DNA of 64,000 nucleotides, taken from NCBI GenBank assembly GCA_963422735.1, contig OY730476.1, positions 3,872,001 through 3,936,000 on the forward strand, given 5' to 3'. This document shows positions 31,202 through 40,843 of this stretch, one piece after another. The stretch comes from Candidatus Latescibacterota bacterium. Its GTDB lineage: Bacteria > Latescibacterota > UBA2968 > UBA8231. Below the pieces are notes generated by a model. The model had not been told where the DNA came from. It ran no database searches and was given only the letters and a program-made list of their open reading frames with translations. Position 1 is the stretch's first letter; each line of letters opens with the position of its first letter. Position numbers and translations under genes: made by a program.

Positions 31202-32202
31202 TCCCTGTACGCGCGGTGGCAGAGGAAAAGCGCTGCAGCGAACAGGGCCACGGCCATTGCCTGATGCAGCGAGGCCAAGGCTAGGGGCATGTGCGCGACG
31301 ACAGTGCCAATCCCCAAGCCGATCTGGACGCCTACCAAGCAGAGGAGTAGGCCTGCCCCAGTTTTTAGGGCCGTGCGGCGGGCGGCTACCCATAGTGCTA
31401 GTGCCAGCCCGAGTACTGCAAAAGCGAAGAAGCGGTGTTGGAAGTGGACGGTAGTGGCGTTGTCGAGCAGATTTACGAGCGGCGGCTGCATGGACCACAA
31501 GCCGGCCGGAACCCAAACCCCGAACATTTTGGGGAAGGTATCCGATAGGTATCCGGCCTTGAGTCCGGCGACTAGGCCACCAGCGGCGATCTGAAGGCAG
31601 ACGGCGGCAAACAGCCAAGCGCAAAGGCGGCGTGCGGTGCGGGGCACCGGCCGAGCCTCTGTGGCAGACGACAAATAGCCGAGGGCCTGCCACAGGCAAG
31701 CGGCCAAAAGGGCTAGGGCGCAACAAAGGTGTAAGGTCAAGCGCAGATGACTTACTTGAGGCCGGTCGTCTAGCCCGCTCTTGACCATCAGCCAGCCCAC
31801 CAAGCCTTGAAGGGCGAAGAGCAGGCCAGTGCCCAGATAGGCGGGTATGTGGGCGCGGGGAATGGCTCGGCGGCAGAGGAAATAGAGTAGAGGCACCACA
31901 AAGAGCAACCCGGCCAGCCGACCGAGCAAGCGGTGGCCGAACTCCATGTGGTAAATAAACTTGAATTCGTCCAGCCCCATGCCATAGTTGACGAGTTGGT
32001 ATTCCGGCGTCTGCCGGTACTTGGCGAATTCGCTTTCCCAAGCCGCAGCACTTAGCGGCGGAACGACGCCGGTGACGACGTTCCACTCGACGATGGATAG
32101 GCCCGAGCGGGTCAGGCGCACCCAGCCCCCGTACACTACAAGGACGACGATGAGAGCCGAGACAGCGAGGAGCCAGGTGGCGAGTTGACGATTGGTGGTC
32201 AT
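31198..32202 (-). CDS. ctaA: Heme A synthase COX15/CtaA
   Basis: GGWVRLTRSGLSIVEW, EFGHRLLGR, GWLMVKSGL, HFQHR, HQ. Confidence 0.92.
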   Translation of the reverse strand: MTTNRQLATWLLAVSALIVVLVVYGGWVRLTRSGLSIVEWNVVTGVVPPLSAAAWESEFAKYRQTPEYQLVNYGMGLDEFKFIYHMEFGHRLLGRLAGLLFVVPLLYFLCRRAIPRAHIPAYLGTGLLFALQGLVGWLMVKSGLDDRPQVSHLRLTLHLCCALALLAACLWQALGYLSSATEARPVPRTARRLCAWLFAAVCLQIAAGGLVAGLKAGYLSDTFPKMFGVWVPAGLWSMQPPLVNLLDNATTVHFQHRFFAFAVLGLALALWVAARRTALKTGAGLLLCLVGVQIGLGIGTVVAHMPLALASLHQAMAVALFAAALFLCHRAYRD

Positions 32203-32298
32203 GTGGCGGAGCTTGAACAGATCACTCGTAGAAAATATCTCATGGCGATATATCGGCAACTTTTGCCGCGTCGCCGTCCGCGATAGAAGGAGGAAAGT

Positions 32299-33039
32299 GT
32301 GAAGCTAGCAAACAAAGATGCGTTGGTAACCGGCGGAGCTACCGGCATTGGCCGAGCCACTGCCGAGTTTTTCGCCCAAGAAGGGGCGCGCGTCCACATC
32401 ATTGACTACAACGAAGCTGAGGGCCGAGCCGCTGTGGAACAGATCGAGGCCGCAGGAGGCCAAGCGCATTTTTACGCAACGGACGTGCGTTCGGAAGAGA
32501 GCGTGGCCGCGTCGGTCGCGCAGATCAGAGAGCGCACCGCTCAACTCGATGTGGCGGTTTTCGCGGCCGGGGTCTTGACGGGAGCGTACAAGACCATTGA
32601 GGAGCTGTCGGAGGAGGATTGGGACGCGACGCTCGACACCAACTTGAAGGGCACCTTCCTCTCGGCCAAATACGCGACGCCGCTCTTGGCAGCAGCCGGC
32701 AAGTCCGTGCTGCTGATCATCGCCTCGGGTGCGGGGGTGCGAGGTGGCTCCTCGTCCTATGCTTATGCAGCGAGCAAGGCTGGGCAGCACGGGTTGCACT
32801 ACAAGCTGGAAGGTGAGTTAAGCCCCAAAGGGGTGCGCTTGCATGTGATTTGCCCTGGGGGGATTGCAACGCCGCTGAAGCTGGAGAATATAGCGCAGGC
32901 GGCAGAGGCCGCAGGCCGCGATCCAGAGGAAGCAAAGCGGAACGCCGTGCTGGGGGACCCAATGGGGGTGGCGCGGGTCTTGGCGTTTTTGGCTTCCGAG
33001 GAAGGGTCTTACGTGCGAGGGACGGTGTTCACTCGGTAG
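32299..33039 (+). CDS. SDR family oxidoreductase
   Basis: TGGATGIG, NLKGTF, YAASK. Confidence 0.9.
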   Translation: MKLANKDALVTGGATGIGRATAEFFAQEGARVHIIDYNEAEGRAAVEQIEAAGGQAHFYATDVRSEESVAASVAQIRERTAQLDVAVFAAGVLTGAYKTIEELSEEDWDATLDTNLKGTFLSAKYATPLLAAAGKSVLLIIASGAGVRGGSSSYAYAASKAGQHGLHYKLEGELSPKGVRLHVICPGGIATPLKLENIAQAAEAAGRDPEEAKRNAVLGDPMGVARVLAFLASEEGSYVRGTVFTR

Positions 33040-33041
33040 CC

Positions 33042-33881
33042 TTAGGCGCGTTCCCAACGGCTGGGGTCCATGCCCGGAGCCTCGGAGGCCATGTTCGGGG
33101 GCTTGTTGCCGCTGTCGTAGTCCCAGTGGCGCGTGTTGCGGTCGGCAAAGAGCGGGCGGATTTTGTCGGGCAAGGTCTGGAGGTCTTCCTCGCTATAGGG
33201 GCTGATCTCGTCAACCGGCCCGGCCCAAGCGGGTCGATAGGCGATGGCCAGCATTTCGCGCGGATAGGTGCCGACGTTGGGGAAGTTGCCATGGAAGACG
33301 CGGTGGTGGATGAGCACGGCAGAACCGGCCTTACAGGGAACCATGACTTCTTCGGGGTGGGATTCGTAGCGCGCATAGGGATTGGCGTCGGCGTGCAGGC
33401 ACAGATGCGAGCGCGGCACTACGCGGAAAGGCGAGACTTCTGGTATGAGGTCGTCGAGATAGTAGAGCACCCGTATCAACACCGGGCAAGAGCCTTCAAA
33501 GCCGAAAATTTTGGAGCCGTAGGGTTGGCCATCGGCGTGGAGGCTGATGCCGGGGTGGCCGGGTTCGGAGCGAGCATAGCCGTAGTGCATGAAGATCACT
33601 TCGTCGCCCAAAAGCTCGCGCAGGAACGCGAGCGTCGGCGGGTGGCCGAGCAAAGCGGTGATTTCGCCGCCGTCGAATTGGATGTTGCTGCGGCCGCGCT
33701 GGCGTTCGCTGTAATCGACGGCATTCGTCTCGAAAGTAGCGGTGATGGCTTTGAGACGGGCGATGTGGTCGGCGTCGAGCAGGTCGGGCAAGACGAGATA
33801 GCCTTCGACTTCGAGTTGGCGGATGCGCTGGCCGGTGGTGAGGGCCGACCAGTCGCGGTCGTCAATGCGGGGGGTGGCCAT
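33042..33881 (-). CDS. Phytanoyl-CoA dioxygenase (PhyH) family protein
   Basis: EGYLVLPDLL, LHAD (HxD), VVPRSH, KAGS...FHG. Confidence 0.82.
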   Translation of the reverse strand: MATPRIDDRDWSALTTGQRIRQLEVEGYLVLPDLLDADHIARLKAITATFETNAVDYSERQRGRSNIQFDGGEITALLGHPPTLAFLRELLGDEVIFMHYGYARSEPGHPGISLHADGQPYGSKIFGFEGSCPVLIRVLYYLDDLIPEVSPFRVVPRSHLCLHADANPYARYESHPEEVMVPCKAGSAVLIHHRVFHGNFPNVGTYPREMLAIAYRPAWAGPVDEISPYSEEDLQTLPDKIRPLFADRNTRHWDYDSGNKPPNMASEAPGMDPSRWERA

Positions 33882-34060
33882 GATGGTCCTCCTTCCTTGT
33901 GCAGGGGTAGTGCTGGAAAGGATACGGCATGGAGCAGCCGCAATCAACGGCGGTGAGTTGCACGAGACAGACCGCCGTGCTGCAGCGGTCTGAAGTGATT
34001 CTATGATTTCATAGAAAGCACGATGTATCGGCCTAAGCTGAAAGGGAGATTATTCAAAAT

Positions 34061-34867
34061 ATGGCTGTTCCAAATGAGAAATAACTGCGTCTGCCAATTC
34101 TCGAAATAGCGGATGTCGCAAAAGAAGACATAGTGCCCAAGGAGTATCACAAAGAAGGTTATCGAACGTTTCTCGCTGACGAAGGATGATATACTAGAGA
34201 AGACACCGTCGGGAAGACGGAGGTTATACGATCGCGTATCTTGGGCACTCTCCTACTTAAAAAAAGCCGATTTTTTGCAGTCTCCTTCGCGTGCGCACTT
34301 CCAGATTACCCCGCAGGGTAAAGAACTGCTCGTAACGGGCGCGGACGATCTTCTTTCATTAACATGGAACGCCCTAGATGCAGTGCGACAGGGCGGGGAC
34401 ACCGCTGCCAACGATGAAGTCGGCACTGACTCGGAGGATAGTACGCCCGATGAGCAAATTGCGGTGCTTTATCGGGAGTTGAATGACAGACTTGCCGAAG
34501 AGCTATTGGAGAGGGTGGAACAGGTATCGCCCGACAGTTTTGAACGAACGGCATCATCAATCAGGATGCCTTGGGCCTTGAAAAGGTGTACATCCAAGCG
34601 AAACGCTGGCAAAGCCAAGTTGGCGAACCTGAAATCCGCAACGTCTCCGGCAGCCTTGAAGCGAAAGGAGCCAATAAGGGCGTATTTATCACGTCTTCGT
34701 CCTTCGGTCCAAAGGCGCGTTTCATCTCGGCGGGCAACAAGTTTATCCGGTTAATAGACGGTGAGGGACTTGCCCGTCTGATGATAAATCACGGCGTCGG
34801 CGTGGTCTCCGAAATCACATACGATGCGAAAAAACTGGACGAAAATTACTTTGCCGAGGACAGCTAG
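34061..34867 (+). pseudogene. mrr: Mrr-type restriction endonuclease, disrupted
   Basis: MAVP then an early stop; DRVSWALSYLKKA; SPDSFE then a deletion/frameshift; GIINQDALGLEKVYIQAKRW; KGVFIT; RLIDG. Confidence 0.85.
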
Positions 34868-34900
34868 CCTGCACCAAGCAGCTAGAGCGAGTTAAAAACC

Positions 34901-35482
34901 TTGAGAGCGACACAATGCCCAAATTCCAAACTTGCGCTAGCAGTGTCGGGAAAGTCGCCTGAGTTTCCCAAGTACACCACTCAGATCATGAACCTCGCCA
35001 ATCAGAATGCACAGGGTACAAGGCCCAAGGTCGTCGGACAGATGACCGAACTATTCCGCGAATTCGCAGGGAAGTCCTTTAGCGAGTGGGACGCTTGGTA
35101 CCGAAAGAAAGAGCCGGAGGCGTTGGACAACGCGACCGATAAGGTCTATGCAATGGTAGAAAAACTTCAGTCAGCTGTTCAGCAGATTGATAAAGCTATG
35201 GTGCGCGAGTGGGTTGAGGACCTCGTCGTGGCGAAGACATTTGTCGGCTTGTGCTTTGAGGAGGGCATTCTGTCCAAGATCGCGGAGTACAAAGGAGCTA
35301 CGTACCGTCTATCAACCCCGGCCGAGGAATCACAAGGGATAGACGGATTCGTCGGCGATACAGCGGTTTCGATCAAGCCATCGACGTACTCTACCAAGGA
35401 CATGCTTGGCGAAAATCTCCAAGGGAAATTGGTGACTTACGAAAAAAAGAAAAACGGGATTACCTTCTCGTTTGATTTCTAA
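34901..35482 (+). CDS. MjaI-family type II restriction endonuclease
   Basis: FPKYTTQIMNLANQNAQGTRPKVVGQM, EESQGIDGF, VSIKP.TY. Start uncertain. Confidence 0.8.
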   Translation: MRATQCPNSKLALAVSGKSPEFPKYTTQIMNLANQNAQGTRPKVVGQMTELFREFAGKSFSEWDAWYRKKEPEALDNATDKVYAMVEKLQSAVQQIDKAMVREWVEDLVVAKTFVGLCFEEGILSKIAEYKGATYRLSTPAEESQGIDGFVGDTAVSIKPSTYSTKDMLGENLQGKLVTYEKKKNGITFSFDF

Positions 35483-35526
35483 GTGCCAGAACAGGGTGTG
35501 CTCAACACTTATAGAGGATAGAATCA

Positions 35527-36657
35527 ATGCAGACCACCGCTAAGCTGATATGCGGCCCTGCCCAGTCCATGGCGGGAATCGCGGATGAGTCGGTCGATTT
35601 GATCGTCACCTCGCCGCCCTATCCGATGGTGGAAATGTGGGATGGGATTTTCGCGCTCCAAGACGCTCGCATCGAAGCGCAATTGGCGCACGGCAACGGA
35701 CAGGCTGCTTTCGCGCTCATGCACGAGCAACTCGATGCAGTATGGAGACAGTGCAACCGCGTCATGAAGCCGGGGGCCATTGCCTGCGTCAACATTGGTG
35801 ACGCCACCCGCACTATGGATGGCGACTTCCAGCTCTACTCCAATCACTCCCGCATACTGAGCAGCTTTCTCGACCAAGGTTTTGCCGCTTTGCCCGATAT
35901 ACTCTGGCGCAAACAGACCAACGCCCCCAACAAATTTATGGGGTCTGGGATGCTGCCTGTAGGAGCGTATGTAACCTACGAGCACGAGTACATTCTCGTG
36001 CTTAGAAAAGGGCGGCGGCGAACATTCACAACGGCCGCGGAAAAAGCCAAACGCCGAGAGAGTGCCTTTTTCTGGGAGGAGCGCAACGTCTGGTTCTCGG
36101 ACGTGTGGTTCGATGTAAAGGGAGCCTCACAGGGGCTTGTCGATGCACCGACCCGCGAACGCAGCGCGGCCTTTCCGTTTGAGTTGGCCTACCGGCTCAT
36201 TTGTATGTTTTCCGTCAAAGAAGACTTGGTCCTCGACCCGTTTGCGGGGACTGGAACGACGCTGGCGGCTGCCCTAACAGCGGGAAGAAATTCTGTGGGC
36301 ATGGAGATTGACGAGACGTTGGTACCGGTCGCGCAAAACCTGCTGCGCTCCGCATCTCCTGCCGCCAACGAGTACAACCGCGCCCGGCTAGCTCGGCACG
36401 CAGAGTGGGCTACCGCGCGCACGGCAGAGAGCGGTCCGTTGAAATACGCGAGCCGCCATTACGGATTTCCGGTAATGACGGCTCAGGAACAGGACTTGTT
36501 GCTAAACGACGTAACGGGAGTTATAGACGAGGCCGACGGTGTGACGTTGGTGATCCGGTACAGCGAGGAGCCGAAAGGCTGTTTTGCAGCGCAGGGTCTC
36601 AGTGCAAAGCGCAAGCGCAAGGCCGCCGCTCAGACGCTACTGCCGCTAGGATCTTAA
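35527..36657 (+). CDS. Site-specific DNA methyltransferase (beta class, SPPY, probably N4-cytosine)
   Basis: VTSPPY precedes LDPFAGTGTT. Adjacent to the endonuclease. Confidence 0.9.
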   Translation: MQTTAKLICGPAQSMAGIADESVDLIVTSPPYPMVEMWDGIFALQDARIEAQLAHGNGQAAFALMHEQLDAVWRQCNRVMKPGAIACVNIGDATRTMDGDFQLYSNHSRILSSFLDQGFAALPDILWRKQTNAPNKFMGSGMLPVGAYVTYEHEYILVLRKGRRRTFTTAAEKAKRRESAFFWEERNVWFSDVWFDVKGASQGLVDAPTRERSAAFPFELAYRLICMFSVKEDLVLDPFAGTGTTLAAALTAGRNSVGMEIDETLVPVAQNLLRSASPAANEYNRARLARHAEWATARTAESGPLKYASRHYGFPVMTAQEQDLLLNDVTGVIDEADGVTLVIRYSEEPKGCFAAQGLSAKRKRKAAAQTLLPLGS

Positions 36658-36977
36658 TCGGCGTTGCGCTCCCCAGCCGTGCACACCGTACTTTGCAGTG
36701 CTTCATAGGCCGCCTCGCAATCGGCGAGCGCGGCACTTTGTTCCTTGATCTGTTGGTTCAGTGCTTGTACTTGGTCGTCGGTCACTGGGCCGTCACCGGC
36801 TTCGAGGAGCTGGTGAACCCGCGCTCCCAGATCCGCTTGAGTGCGGTGGAGTTGGGTCCTAGCAGCGGCGATATCGAGCCGGGCACGCGCTAGACGGGTT
36901 AGGTCACCGGCCTTATCGGCAGCGGCGACCGCACCTTCTTGTAGCCCTTTCACGAGATTGTTCCATAGGTTGTCCAC
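36654..36977 (-). CDS. Hypothetical coiled-coil protein
   Basis: RBS gagg, helical heptad pattern, downstream of the BMC gene. Confidence 0.65.
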   Translation of the reverse strand: MDNLWNNLVKGLQEGAVAAADKAGDLTRLARARLDIAAARTQLHRTQADLGARVHQLLEAGDGPVTDDQVQALNQQIKEQSAALADCEAAYEALQSTVCTAGERNAD

Positions 36978-36993
36978 TGAGACCTCGTATGGT

Positions 36994-37443
36994 TTAAGTG
37001 TCTGGTGCCGAGGTGCGGCGCAATTCGCGGAGGAGCGTCTCTTTGTTGGCCCGAGAAACTTGGCGGCCCTTGAACTGAGCGTCGGGTAGCTGGCGCACGA
37101 GTTGGCGCAGGCGGACGACTGGCAAGCCCTCTAGTTCATCGGGGGGTGGCTGCGTTGGCGGGGTGGCGGCTTGGGGCTGGTGCAGGAGCAGGTTTTCTAT
37201 GTCTATATGGGGGGCGGGAATGACGCGGTGGCTGATCACTTGGCTGACCTTGTGTGCGGCTTCGACGCCGGCTTGCACCGCCACTTGGACGGCAGCAACC
37301 TCACCTCTAAAGTGCGTTGAAATCAGCCCGCCGCCGATGGGCTTGATGCCGAGGAACTCGACCGGAGCGGATTTTACGACCGCGTCGGCTGCTTCGATGA
37401 CGCCGACGAGACCGCGGGTCTCAATCAGCCCTATGGCAGCCAT
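36994..37443 (-). CDS. BMC-H microcompartment shell protein with a C-terminal helical extension
   Basis: AIGLIETRGLVGVIEAADAVVKSA, GEVAAV..AV, VIPAPH. Confidence 0.9.
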   Translation of the reverse strand: MAAIGLIETRGLVGVIEAADAVVKSAPVEFLGIKPIGGGLISTHFRGEVAAVQVAVQAGVEAAHKVSQVISHRVIPAPHIDIENLLLHQPQAATPPTQPPPDELEGLPVVRLRQLVRQLPDAQFKGRQVSRANKETLLRELRRTSAPDT

Positions 37444-37461
37444 TGGGCGCGCTTGGCTCGG

Positions 37462-37689
37462 TCAACGAATGTCGTTGATGGTGTGGGGGACGAGGGCTAG
37501 ATAGCGGGCGCGCTTGATGGAGCGGACGACGCGCGTCTGCTGCTTGCGCGTGGCGCCGGTGCGCCGGGTCGATTCGATCTTGCCGGTCGGCGTGATAAAC
37601 TTGACTAGGACATCGAGGCGCTTGTAGTCGATGTCTTCGGACTTGAGCTTGGCTACGGCCTCTCGGCGCGAACTGCGGAACTTGGCGAT
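37462..37689 (-). CDS. rpsR: 30S ribosomal protein bS18 (Cys-less form), probable ATC start
   Basis: IDYK, FITPTGKI, RRTG, Q...SIKRARYLALVP. SD aggag lies 7 nt before ATC GCC AAG. Confidence 0.9.
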   Translation of the reverse strand: MAKFRSSRREAVAKLKSEDIDYKRLDVLVKFITPTGKIESTRRTGATRKQQTRVVRSIKRARYLALVPHTINDIR

Positions 37690-37750
37690 GACGACGCTCC
37701 TTTTTAAGGCACCCGCTTGCTTGGGCGGGCACGTAAATTTAAAAAAGCGA

Positions 37751-37779
37751 AAGATATAGGAGAGACCGGGGAATGTCAA
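37751..37779 (-). promoter_or_regulatory. Sigma-70 promoter of rpsR
   Basis: TTGACA-N17-TATCTT. Confidence 0.7.
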
Positions 37780-37807
37780 TATGTTGCCCCGGTCCGGACA
37801 CTCGCGG

Positions 37808-38974
37808 TCAACGCGGGTTCATTTCGTCATGGAGCTGGCGCATGATTTGGTGGTGCCCCATGCCCTCGCCCCAGAGCTTTTTGTACTTGGCCTCGTCGAT
37901 GCCATCGCGCTTGAGAAAGCCGCGGATGTCGTAGCGGCCCTCGACTTCTACGGGTAGGCCGCCCTCTTCGACCATGAGTTGTAGGGGATAGCTCTTTTCT
38001 TGCAGCGGCAGGTGAATCACGCGGTTGCGGCGCGCCGATTCGTAGAGGGCCATCATAATTTCCACGGTGTCGCGGGCCGTGGTGCCCGCGTTGCGGTGCT
38101 CGGCTTTGTGGCCTTCGAGACAGTCGATGAGTTCGCGGACTTGGGCGGCGTTGGTGTTGCCGCCAATGGCCTTGGTGCCTTCGGTGAGCGCGAGATCGAC
38201 TTCCTGCCAGCCGCCAGAGGAGGCGTTCATAAGCTGGAGCCGGGTCTCGCTCACCGATAAGATCCCCTTGCTGCCGCGGATTTCAAAGTGGCCGGCACCA
38301 GCTCCCTCGCGCATGAGGTCGGACTGAATGAAAAGCTGGAGATCGCCTGCGAAGTGGACCAAGCCCATACAGGCGTCTTCGACCATGGTGTCGCGCTCGT
38401 AGCGGTCGGTGCGGCGCTCGACTGCGCCCATGACCCATTGGGCGCGGGGGTCGCCGAGCACGAAGCGCGAGCCGTCAATGGCGTGCGTGCCCCAATTAGT
38501 CAGGCCGTCGGCGACCTTGTTGGTGACGAAGATCGGCTCGCCAATCGCGCCCTCTTCGACTAGTGCCTTGGCCTTTTCCCAACCCGGGGTAAAGCGGCGC
38601 TGATGGCTGATGACTAGTTGAGTACTATTCGCTTTGCAGGCGTCAACCATGGAGTCGGCTGCGGCCATGCCGATGGCCATGGGCTTTTCGCAGATGACGG
38701 CGCGGGCGCCGCCCTCGGCCGCGGCAATGGTGGGTGCCGGATGCAAAAGGTGCCAAGTGCAGACGCTGACGATATTGGGCCGGGCCTTTTCCATCATCTC
38801 TTCGACCGTCTCAAACTCCTGAGGGATGCCGTATTCGTCCAAGTAGGTTTTGCGAGCCATGGCGACCGGGTCGGCGACGGCGATCACCTCGACCTCATCC
38901 ACGAGATTGTAGCCTTCCATGTGGGCGTTGCCTATGGAGCCACAGCCGACGATTGCCGCGGTATAGCGTTTCAT
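37808..38974 (-). CDS. Gfo/Idh/MocA oxidoreductase
   Basis: IVGCGSIG, CEKPMA, HQRRF, GTHAID. Confidence 0.9.
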   Translation of the reverse strand: MKRYTAAIVGCGSIGNAHMEGYNLVDEVEVIAVADPVAMARKTYLDEYGIPQEFETVEEMMEKARPNIVSVCTWHLLHPAPTIAAAEGGARAVICEKPMAIGMAAADSMVDACKANSTQLVISHQRRFTPGWEKAKALVEEGAIGEPIFVTNKVADGLTNWGTHAIDGSRFVLGDPRAQWVMGAVERRTDRYERDTMVEDACMGLVHFAGDLQLFIQSDLMREGAGAGHFEIRGSKGILSVSETRLQLMNASSGGWQEVDLALTEGTKAIGGNTNAAQVRELIDCLEGHKAEHRNAGTTARDTVEIMMALYESARRNRVIHLPLQEKSYPLQLMVEEGGLPVEVEGRYDIRGFLKRDGIDEAKYKKLWGEGMGHHQIMRQLHDEMNPR

Positions 38975-39104
38975 AGAGGATCTCTCCTTAGCGAAAATGG
39001 GATAACGAGTGTACTATGGGACATAATAAAGGATAGGCATTAGGTTATCTTCAAGTCATCAGGCCGTCCAACCCAAGCCTGCAGGCTTGGGGCGACCACC
39101 AATT

Positions 39105-39527
39105 ATGGAAACCCTATACGTCTCGCCCTTTCTCTCCATCCCGCTTTCCGAACTGCGTTTCAAGTTTCGCCGCAGTTCTGGACCGGGGGGACAAAACGTC
39201 AACAAGCTCAATACCTCCGTCGAGTTACAGTTTGATTTTGTCCACAGTGCGGTGCTCAGCAACGAGCAGCGCCAGCGGATTGCCGAGAAGCTCGCCACGC
39301 AGCTAAACAGCACAGGCGCTCTGTCGATCCAGTCGGAGCGATTTCGCACGCAGGGACGCAATCGCGCCGACTGCCTCAACAAGCTGGCCGCCCTGCTCGC
39401 CGCGGCACTCAAGACGCAGCCCAAGCGCCAAAAAACCAAACCCAGCCGCGCCGCCCAAGCGCGTCGCCTCGACAGCAAGCGGCGTCACTCCGATAAAAAA
39501 AAGAACCGCCGACCGCCTGTAGATTGA
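39105..39527 (+). CDS. arfB: Alternative ribosome rescue factor B (peptidyl-tRNA hydrolase)
   Basis: RSSGPGGQNVNK, RTQ..N, basic tail TKPS...RRL..K. Confidence 0.92.
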   Translation: METLYVSPFLSIPLSELRFKFRRSSGPGGQNVNKLNTSVELQFDFVHSAVLSNEQRQRIAEKLATQLNSTGALSIQSERFRTQGRNRADCLNKLAALLAAALKTQPKRQKTKPSRAAQARRLDSKRRHSDKKKNRRPPVD

Positions 39528-39642
39528 ATACCTGGCCGTCTTGGTGCGTCACAAGATTGTATTTGTGCATGTTCACGAAGTGTTCTATTTTCAACTTTAA
39601 CGTGAACGTAAATGTTGCTTACTGCAAACTGTGGGGACTGAA

Positions 39643-40488
39643 ATGAACGTACAAAATAGAGAAACAATGTACTCGGCGACCGATCTTTACTGGCGCGACA
39701 TAAAAGATGCCGAGCCGCTCAGTCGCGAGGAAGAAATTGCCCTCTTCAAGCGCGCCAAAGCAGGAGACGAAGAGGCGCGTCAGGCGCTGGTACAGGCCAA
39801 TTTGCGCTTCGTGGTTCGCGTCGCCCGCGAGTACCACGACTGTGGTCTCTCGCTGATTGAGCTGATTTCCGAAGGCAACTTCGGGCTGCTCGAAGCCGTC
39901 CAGCGCTTCGACGAGACCCGCGGCTTTAAGTTCATCACCTATGCGGTGTGGTGGATTCGCCAAGCCATCCTTCGAGCCTTAGCCGAACACGGCAAAATTG
40001 CCCGCCCGCCGCTGAGCCGGGTCAGCGATCGGCATAAGGTCGAAAAAAAGGCCGATGTTCTCGCCCAACAGTTGGGGCGCGCCCCAACTGTTGAAGAGAT
40101 CTCTGCTTGCGTCGATTTCTCGACAGAGCGCATCCGCAACGCCTTTGAGATGGGGCAGCCGGATCTGCCTTTGGACGCCCCTGCCTTTGCCGACGGCGAG
40201 ATGACGTTTGCGCAGACGTTTGTCTCGGCCGAACCTAGCTCGCACGAGCGCTTCATTGAGGGCGAAATGCGCGCGGCTGTGGCCGATTGTCTGAAGGTGC
40301 TCGACACCCGCGAGTCCCAGATCGTCCGCGCTTATTTTGGTCTCGACGACAGCGAGCCCAAGACCTTGGAGGAGATCGGCGCGTCCATGGGCGTCACACG
40401 CGAACGCGTGCGGCAGTTGCGGAACAGGGCTTTAAAAAAAATGAAAGACGAGTGCGGCGGGCAGTTGGTCGAGTTTTCGAGCAACTGA
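39643..40488 (+). CDS. Sigma-70 factor, RpoD/RpoS-like, lacking region 1.1
   Basis: ANLRFVV, GFKFITYAVWWIRQ, TLEEIG...TRERVRQ. Confidence 0.92.
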   Translation: MNVQNRETMYSATDLYWRDIKDAEPLSREEEIALFKRAKAGDEEARQALVQANLRFVVRVAREYHDCGLSLIELISEGNFGLLEAVQRFDETRGFKFITYAVWWIRQAILRALAEHGKIARPPLSRVSDRHKVEKKADVLAQQLGRAPTVEEISACVDFSTERIRNAFEMGQPDLPLDAPAFADGEMTFAQTFVSAEPSSHERFIEGEMRAAVADCLKVLDTRESQIVRAYFGLDDSEPKTLEEIGASMGVTRERVRQLRNRALKKMKDECGGQLVEFSSN

Positions 40489-40558
40489 GAGGGTGCGCGG
40501 TACATTGCCGGGGGCTGTGCAGCGTCCTATTATTGAATAAGCTTAACGAGAGGACGCT

Positions 40559-40843
40559 ATGGCCCAGCTTCGACAGAAATTATTGGTGCTCTACGCCCAT
40601 TCTCCCGATTTGCATAGCCAAACTGTGGCTTGGTCGCTCTACGACGGCACGGGCGAGGAGCGGTCCAGCAGCGGCGATAGCGAGGAACCGCCCTATCCTT
40701 CGGTGGTGGCGGCCATGCGGGACGGGTGGAGGGTGGTTCAGTTTCCGCAGCAGTACCCGGCCCATCCGGGCATGGAATACAATACATCCTACCTGAAATA
40801 CGAGTACATCCTCGAAAAAATGGAGGAGATCGATGGTCGATAG
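40559..40843 (+). CDS. Conserved hypothetical protein
   Basis: RBS gagg. WSLYDGTG...PPY..AMRDGWRVVQ. Overlaps the PhyH start. Confidence 0.7.
   Translation: MAQLRQKLLVLYAHSPDLHSQTVAWSLYDGTGEERSSSGDSEEPPYPSVVAAMRDGWRVVQFPQQYPAHPGMEYNTSYLKYEYILEKMEEIDGR

Noticed and set aside
33950-36660. Integron cassette array
   Set aside because: No convincing attC (RYYYAAC...GTTRRRY) sites and no integrase.
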